Shown in pieces: positions 57,395 to 64,000 of a stretch of 64,000 bases of DNA. Every line of letters starts with the position of its first letter. Position 1 is the stretch's first letter. The stretch comes from Paraspadella gotoi (lineage: Eukaryota; Animalia; Chaetognatha), in contig CM119267.1 in NCBI GenBank assembly GCA_051294375.1, positions 20,836,232 through 20,900,231 of the forward strand. Reading direction: 5' to 3'. A program made the translations under genes and the position numbers. Below the pieces are notes generated by a model. The model was not told where the DNA came from. It saw only the letters and a list, made by a program, of their open reading frames with translations, and did not search any database.

Positions 57395-59230
57395 TCATTG
57401 AGTGCTAAGTTTTTTTAATTTTAATTTTATTTATAAACTTAGAACAATCGATTTCTTTTCTATCGACTAATCCGCCTTAGTTAAATATTCAAACCGCTTT
57501 TCTAGTTTTAGTTGAAGTATCATGTATTACGACGAAATCCTCTTAAGTCTAAGAATTATTCGAACAAGAATTGCATAAAGCTTTATATACAAATTGTTTA
57601 TAATAATCTCTACCGCGCGATTTTATGCTTTCTGTTATTTTCTCAATAAAATATTTTTAATATTTTCTTCTAGTTTAAAATAGAGATAGCACTTTACTAA
57701 TTTGGCAAAAGAAAATAATTGTTGAAAGCGTGAAAGGGAGAGGCAATTTTTTTGGAAAAGTTAATAAATTAATTAATTAATTAATTAATTAATTAATTAA
57801 ATTCTCGTCAATTAGTCAGATACGTAACGAATCTTCCTCGCATTTTCTTTCCACAAAGTCCTATAATAAAAAAGTCTGGCAAGAAGATATCCAAGGTAAG
57901 TAATTCGAAAAATCGCTGATTCGTCATTTCCTCCTCGCGCAAAAACGATCTACTCAATTCGACCCCTCAGCAAAACTAACTCTTCCCTTACACCGACTTA
58001 AAGAAAAAAACTATTAAGCTATTAATTTTAAATCCGACTTCGTAAAACGCTTCCCTATTCTTTCCGGATAGTGAATCCACGATCGTTAAATTTACATTTT
58101 TTACAATAAAAAAAAAAAAAAAAACTAGTGGAGAATTGGCTCTACTGTTCTTCCCCGAGTTAATGGTCGACGGGAAAGAAAGACGATAATCTCTCTTCGT
58201 CTTCATCGTCGTCGTCTTCTCCATCGTCGTCGTTATCGGCGTCGTCGGCGTCGTTCCATCGACGCCGTCTCCTAATCGGCGTCGGTTAAGCGACGTCACG
58301 GCGTCACGCAGTCCGTCTCCTTTTTTTTTCTCCTTTTTTCTTTCCTTAATTTTTCTTTTTTCCCCCCCATTTTCTTAAGAAGTGAAAATTCTTTCCGATT
58401 TCAAGGGGAAAAAAAAAGGCTAGGATTGAGTTGAGGGAATAAGAAATCGTTTTGTCGATAAAAACCAGTTTTTTTTTTCGAAAGTATTTTTTCTTTCTTT
58501 CAAGTTTAAAGTTAAATTTTAAACTTCATGATTATATAAATCAGTGTTCGTTAAAACGTAAATGTGATTTTATATAGTATAGTTCGAATTAAAGAGAAAC
58601 CTAAATCATATAACTATCTATAAATACCTATAACTACCAATCTCTATTAAAAGCTGACCCAAAAATGACCAAACAAACAAAATCGGAGAAAAACGAACTT
58701 GATTCGAGGCTCGCGCGGGCGCAGCCATCTTGATCCACGGCTTCGTCAACGACGTCGAGTGACGTTTACGCAGGCGTAGAAAATAAACGATTGAAAAAAA
58801 AAAACAAAAAAAACAAAAACCAATGAAAACCAAATAAAAACCAAACAAAAACAAAACAAATCAAAGACGAAGAAAACGAGAGAAAACAAAATACAACGAC
58901 TCTCTCGAAACCTGGAACTAAAAACCGTCCATACCCACAAGCCATTCGAACGTTTACCCATTTCCCTTCCTATCCCACCAGCCCATCAGTCTTCCAATTT
59001 TCCCATCCCATCTTCCCATCCCAACTTCCCACCTCTCTGCCCATCTTCTTATCTTTTAATCTCTCTTCCCTTCCCATCTGCCGATCTTCCCATCCCATCT
59101 CTCGTCCCATCCCATCTTCCAGTTCCATCTGCCCATCCCATCTTCCCATCCCATCTGCCAATCGCTCTTCCCATCCCATCTGCCCATCTTCCCCTTCCCT
59201 CATCTCTCTCACCCCCCTCCCCGACCTTGC

Positions 59231-60398
59231 ATGGGCGGGAGACTGTCTCGCAAGACCGTGGCGGTGAGCAGAGACGAGACGTCCCTCGAGTTGCTCTCGC
59301 GAAAAGTACGAATCGTCCGCTCGACTCGGTCGGCCTCGGCCATCTTGACCGGACGACGACGCGAACGCAGGCGCGATCGCGAGCTCGAACGCGAACTCGA
59401 ACGCGAGCTTGAACGCGAACTCGAACGCGAGCTTGAACGCGACCTCGAACGCGACGACGACCGGCCGACCGAGCGTGGCGCGAGATCCAAGAAGAGCCGG
59501 TCCGCCGGATATTGGGAGGGGATGTCGCCGGAAGATTCCGCCGAATCGGAAGACGATGGCGCGAGGAACGAAAAAACAGAGGAGAGGGCGGCGGGTAAAC
59601 CAATCAGTTAACCAATCAATCAATCAATCTCTTACACGAGCTCAGTAAATCAGCCAATAAATTTATCGACAAATCAATGACTCGATAAATCGATCGGTCA
59701 ATCAATCGGTCGATCGGCCCATCAATAAATCTAAATTTGAGTCAAGCGAGCAATGCTTCGATTTAAGTTGGTTATTAATCAAACAACATAAAATATGGAA
59801 TCCTTATTTAAAATTGCACGATCGATCTCTGGGTTATAATGATTAGTTCATTAGTCTATTAATTACTCAAATCGTTTAATCAATCAGTCAATAAAATTTT
59901 TTTTTCCCGCCAGCCAAGAATTCGTTGGTCGTGACTCGACTCGAAGTCCAACACTTCGTCGAATCCGATCGAACGGATCAGGAGAAAGGCGAGCGTCACG
60001 TGACTTGGGGCGGCGCTTGGGAGGTTCGCACGATCCGACGTGACGCGATGCGAGATGACGTGTCACGAGACGAACTTACCATTCCCAATACTTTTAAAAT
60101 TCCTTACCTTCTCCACCTCGCCCTTTCCCGAATAAGGCGACCCGACCCTACTCTCTATCCCTGATTCCGTCCAAAAGCATCTTGCGAAATACTCAACTGA
60201 GAAACTCCAGAAAAATCGGAGTCTGCACCATCGATCCGTCGACGGATCAGCAGCCGCCGCAGCAGCAGCAGCAAAATTGTCAGCCTCAGCAGGAGCAACA
60301 GGAGGAGCAGAAGCAGCGGCCGGAGGAGCGGCAGCAGCAGCAGCCGTCAAAAGTCGAACAGAAACAACAGATTCAACGTCGGAGAAGAATCAATTTGA
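59231..60398 (+). CDS. Possible exons of a low-complexity Arg/Glu/Ser-rich protein (~59231-59594, 59914-59988, ~60211-60398)
   Basis: GC-rich islands with a donor G|gtaaac at ~59594, an acceptor ccgccag at 59913 in matching phase, and a 12-nt repeat encoding (ELER)n. One donor would have to be GC, and there is no recognisable domain. Confidence 0.25.
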
Positions 60399-61616
60399 AG
60401 CGAATGGAAAAATCGGCGACNNNNNNNNNNNNNNNNNNNNNNNNNAAGCTTCCACGGGGAATACTCTCGGTCCTAATCAAGGATTAATCTCGCTCCGCGG
60501 GAAGATATTATGTTATATTTGCTTGGCCTTCGTCGGTCCGTCGTCGTCGTCTTGGTGCTCCGTTGTTTGAGTCCGGTGTCATGTACTTTTTGCTTATTAA
60601 TAAAGTTTGCATCTTTGGCTGAGGTCCAGAGCATTTTTGCTTGACTTTGTTTGCTCGGGCAGAGTCAATTCCAATTTTACGTTATTGAGAGGCTAATGCG
60701 GCCGCTGTTTGTTTATCTATGCAAAGATGTTCTGAATCAGTCATGGATCATAGTGGTAAGTTAGCTGCGTTTTCATATTGAATTTGGGGTTCTGTGGCTT
60801 GGAGCGCCCATATTCGCTAATATCGTCGTTCATTGTCGTCTCGCATACGTCTTTGGCGGCCAAACATTTTCGTAGGTTTGTCAGTAATTGTAAAGTACAT
60901 GCATATGTTGTACATGCCGTTTCAAGGTCTGTCTAGCTATCGCGTCTTAGACTTCGGCCATCGCGCTGGGTCTTTGTCACGTTCTTTGGTACCTCTGGGA
61001 ATAGATTTGTCCGTCATATATTTAAGGGTTAAAGAAACATAAAAAGGTGCCATAATGGGGTAGACTATGTTGTGTAGCCTTCTGCGCCCTTCGTCAGTCA
61101 ATCTTCTGGTTTTTTGTCCATTATTTCTATGGGACCATCACGTCGTAAAGATAAAGGTCGTCGGTTGTTGAATATGAGCGGGCGGAGCGCGTATTTCGGC
61201 CGTTGTCATTGTCGGGTCTCTCGGTTGTCTTCTGGCGCCAACATATTCGTGACGCCGGGGACACTATCGTCATTGTCGTCGTTTGTTGCTCTTATGGCAC
61301 ACGGGATGTTGCGCACCGCTCGGAGTTGTCGTCGGCCGTCTGAGAGTCTCTTGAGACAGCCATAAGGGTTCCAGCAAACGTCGTCCATGAGAGGGCCTTC
61401 ACGTGGACGTGCCGTTGTCTTTGGGCGCCATAATTCGCCGTCGTCATTGGTCGTCCGTCGTTGTCTGAGACGCCATATTCGCCATCGTCGTTGGTCGTCG
61501 TCACTGTCGTCGGTCGTGTCTGTTTTTTCCTTTTTCCCTTTATAATTTATCGAAGATGATAAGCGCGACGATAAGAAAGGAAGATGGCGAAAAATTGGCG
61601 GGACGACGACGACGAC

Positions 61617-61651
<35 letters not shown>

Positions 61652-64000
61652 AAACATAAAGAAAATCGAGGACGTCAGCCCCACGCGCGACAACAGCAAA
61701 GACAACAACAGCGACGACGACGACGACGATGAGGACGACGACGATTTTAGGCAAATGATGATTCCAATTGTGACATCGATAAATATAAAAAAAACGCAAT
61801 GTGCCAGAAAACAGAGACAACGTCGAAGACAACGACCGATTGTAAACAATTGCAAAACGAGGTTATACGGAAAATGATTACAGAACGACCGACGACGACG
61901 AAACGACGACGAAGAATATAATTGACTGGTTGGCAAACAGAGACGATTTTTTCTTGTTACGGGCGCCGGTTCATTACGCGGCGCGGGAAGTCTCGTCGAC
62001 GGCGGCCGGGGCGGCGTGGGCGCAGGCGGAGCGGCGTCGGCGCTCTTGAATAAAAATCTCATTTGCATAAAGAACGTTTTCTCCATCTTCGGCGAAGAAG
62101 AAGAAGAAGAAGAAAGAAGAGAGAGATGGAAGAGGAAGAGAGAGAAAAAAATGAGGAGAACGTAGATGAGATATAAAAACATGGAGGAAGAAGAAGCAGA
62201 TGTGTTGCGAAAAGAAAGAGAAAAAAGGAAAAGTTTTCTTTTTAAAAATGAGGGAAAAGATGAAGAGAGAAAAGACCAAAAAGAGGGAAAGAAAGGGAGG
62301 AAACGGAAAGAGAAAAAGAATAAGGAAGAAGAAGAAGAACTGTGGAATGGTAATAAAATAACGGAATTATTCATCGAGTTCATCTCTCCTCTCTCTCTAT
62401 CTCTCTCTCTCTCTCTCTCCTCTTCTCTCTCTCTCTCTCAATCTCTCTCTTCTCTCTCTCTCTCTTCTCTCTCGTCACTTTTAAGCAATAATAGATTTTT
62501 TTTCCATTATCAAATGAAATATAATGAAACACTCAAGTTTTGACACGTGAAATATTTCATGGGGCGATATAGTCGATTGATCTTCTCTCTCATCTCTCCT
62601 ATCTCTCCTCTTTCTTCTCTTCTTCGGGGATCTGCATCGGACTCTTTGGCTTACCTCTTCTCTCTCCCTTTTTTCTGTCCCCCCGGTTTGAATCTCTCTT
62701 CTTCTCTTATCTTCTCTGTTCCTCTTCTTTTCTCTCTTCTCTTTTCTCTTTCTTCTGCTTATCCGCCCGCCCCTCAATCTTCGCCCCTGCGGCGGTGCTG
62801 CAGCATCGTGAACGTCGAAACGACGACGACGACGACGACGACGACGAAGGCAACAATAACATTATCTTCCCGCGGAGGAGATTTCTTGAGACGGCATCGA
62901 AGGAGGACGACGCCATGATACTGACGGCAAAAACGACCGTTAGAGGGACGATGACGATGATGACGACGACGAAGACGACGTCTATGAATATGATTATTAA
63001 AGTAATAATCATCAGGATTACGATAATTTCGATGATGATGATGATGATGACGAAGAAAAAGGTGACAATGTCGTCGAAAATTCTCACAGTGACCAAGATT
63101 CCAAAGAAAAAAAGCTTCGAATTTTTTCTGTCGATTTTTTTTTTATCGTTGTACATTTGGTTAAATATGTCAACATATTTTGAGAACAGAAATGACCAAG
63201 TCGACGACGACGACGACGACGACGACGTCGAAACGGAGGAAACAAGACAGAGAACAATCTCGACACGCAGGAGACAGAGGCACGCGGATGTTGAGACTCG
63301 GATAGAGATGGAGACGAAATCTCAGGAGGGAAAAGGTAAGGAGCCTGGGATGGGGTGAGGTATAGGGTCAGTAGGGTGGGGCTGAGCCTGAGGTGGGTGT
63401 CGGACAAGAGAAGAAACCGGAACAAAATAGGAAAAGTCTTGGATAGAATCAGGATGGAATCAAGATGGAAACAAGATTGAATCTGATAAAATCGGAGTGG
63501 CNNNNNNNNNNNNNNNNNNNNNNNNNNNNNNNNNNNNNNNNNNNNNNNNNNNNNNNNNNNNNNNNNNNNNNNNNNNNNNNNNNNNNNNNNNNNNNNNNNN
63601 NNNNNNNNNNNNNNNNNNNNNNNNNNNNNNNNNNNNNNNNNNNNNNNNNNNNNNNNNNNNNNNNNNNNNNNNNNNNNNNNNNNNNNNNNNNNNNNNNNNN
63701 NNNNNNNNNNNNNNNNNNNNNNNNNNNNNNNNNNNNNNNNNNNNNNNNNNNNNNNNNNNNNNNNNNNNNNNNNGACTTAGAGACACTGATATTGAAAGTT
63801 TGAAACTAAGAAGAAGTTGGTATAATGTACAAAGAAATGTTTAGAAATAAATGAAATAAGGACAAGACATAAAAACCGTGGCATTTAATTAAGAAATAAA
63901 CATTAAAAAAATGTTTATTTTAAAATTAGACATCTTGCTACCTCCTTTAGTCGTTCGTCCAATTCAGAAATCTCTTTTCTCCCATCCTCTTCGTTTTTGC

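Overview
This is AT-rich, microsatellite-dense DNA from an animal, probably an invertebrate: it has GT-AG spliceosomal introns, N-gaps and noisy, redundant long-read segments. Most ORFs in the supplied track are translated (GA)n/(GAC)n repeats. The real content, recovered by splicing exons by hand, is as follows. (1) An 8-exon tandem-rhodanese sulfurtransferase (MPST-like, 24009-28885, +). (2) A cluster of three paralogous secreted proteins (29760-32017 +, 32800-36648 +, 36984-40901 -). Each has a signal peptide, a ~300-aa helical domain with six invariant Cys that I do not recognise, one Cys-rich GCC2/GCC3 (ephrin-receptor-like/TNFR-like) module, a short coiled coil, and an atypical N-truncated fibrinogen C-terminal (FBG/FReD) domain. 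(3) A 3-exon Ly6/uPAR three-finger protein with a probable GPI signal (50998-~56830, +). (4) Three frameshifted LINE retrotransposons, a miniature LTR element (TRIM) with PBS, PPT and TSD plus a related solo LTR, two putative tRNA-derived SINEs, and several duplications or fold-backs that are probably assembly artefacts. The FReD cluster is the best candidate for an undescribed system.
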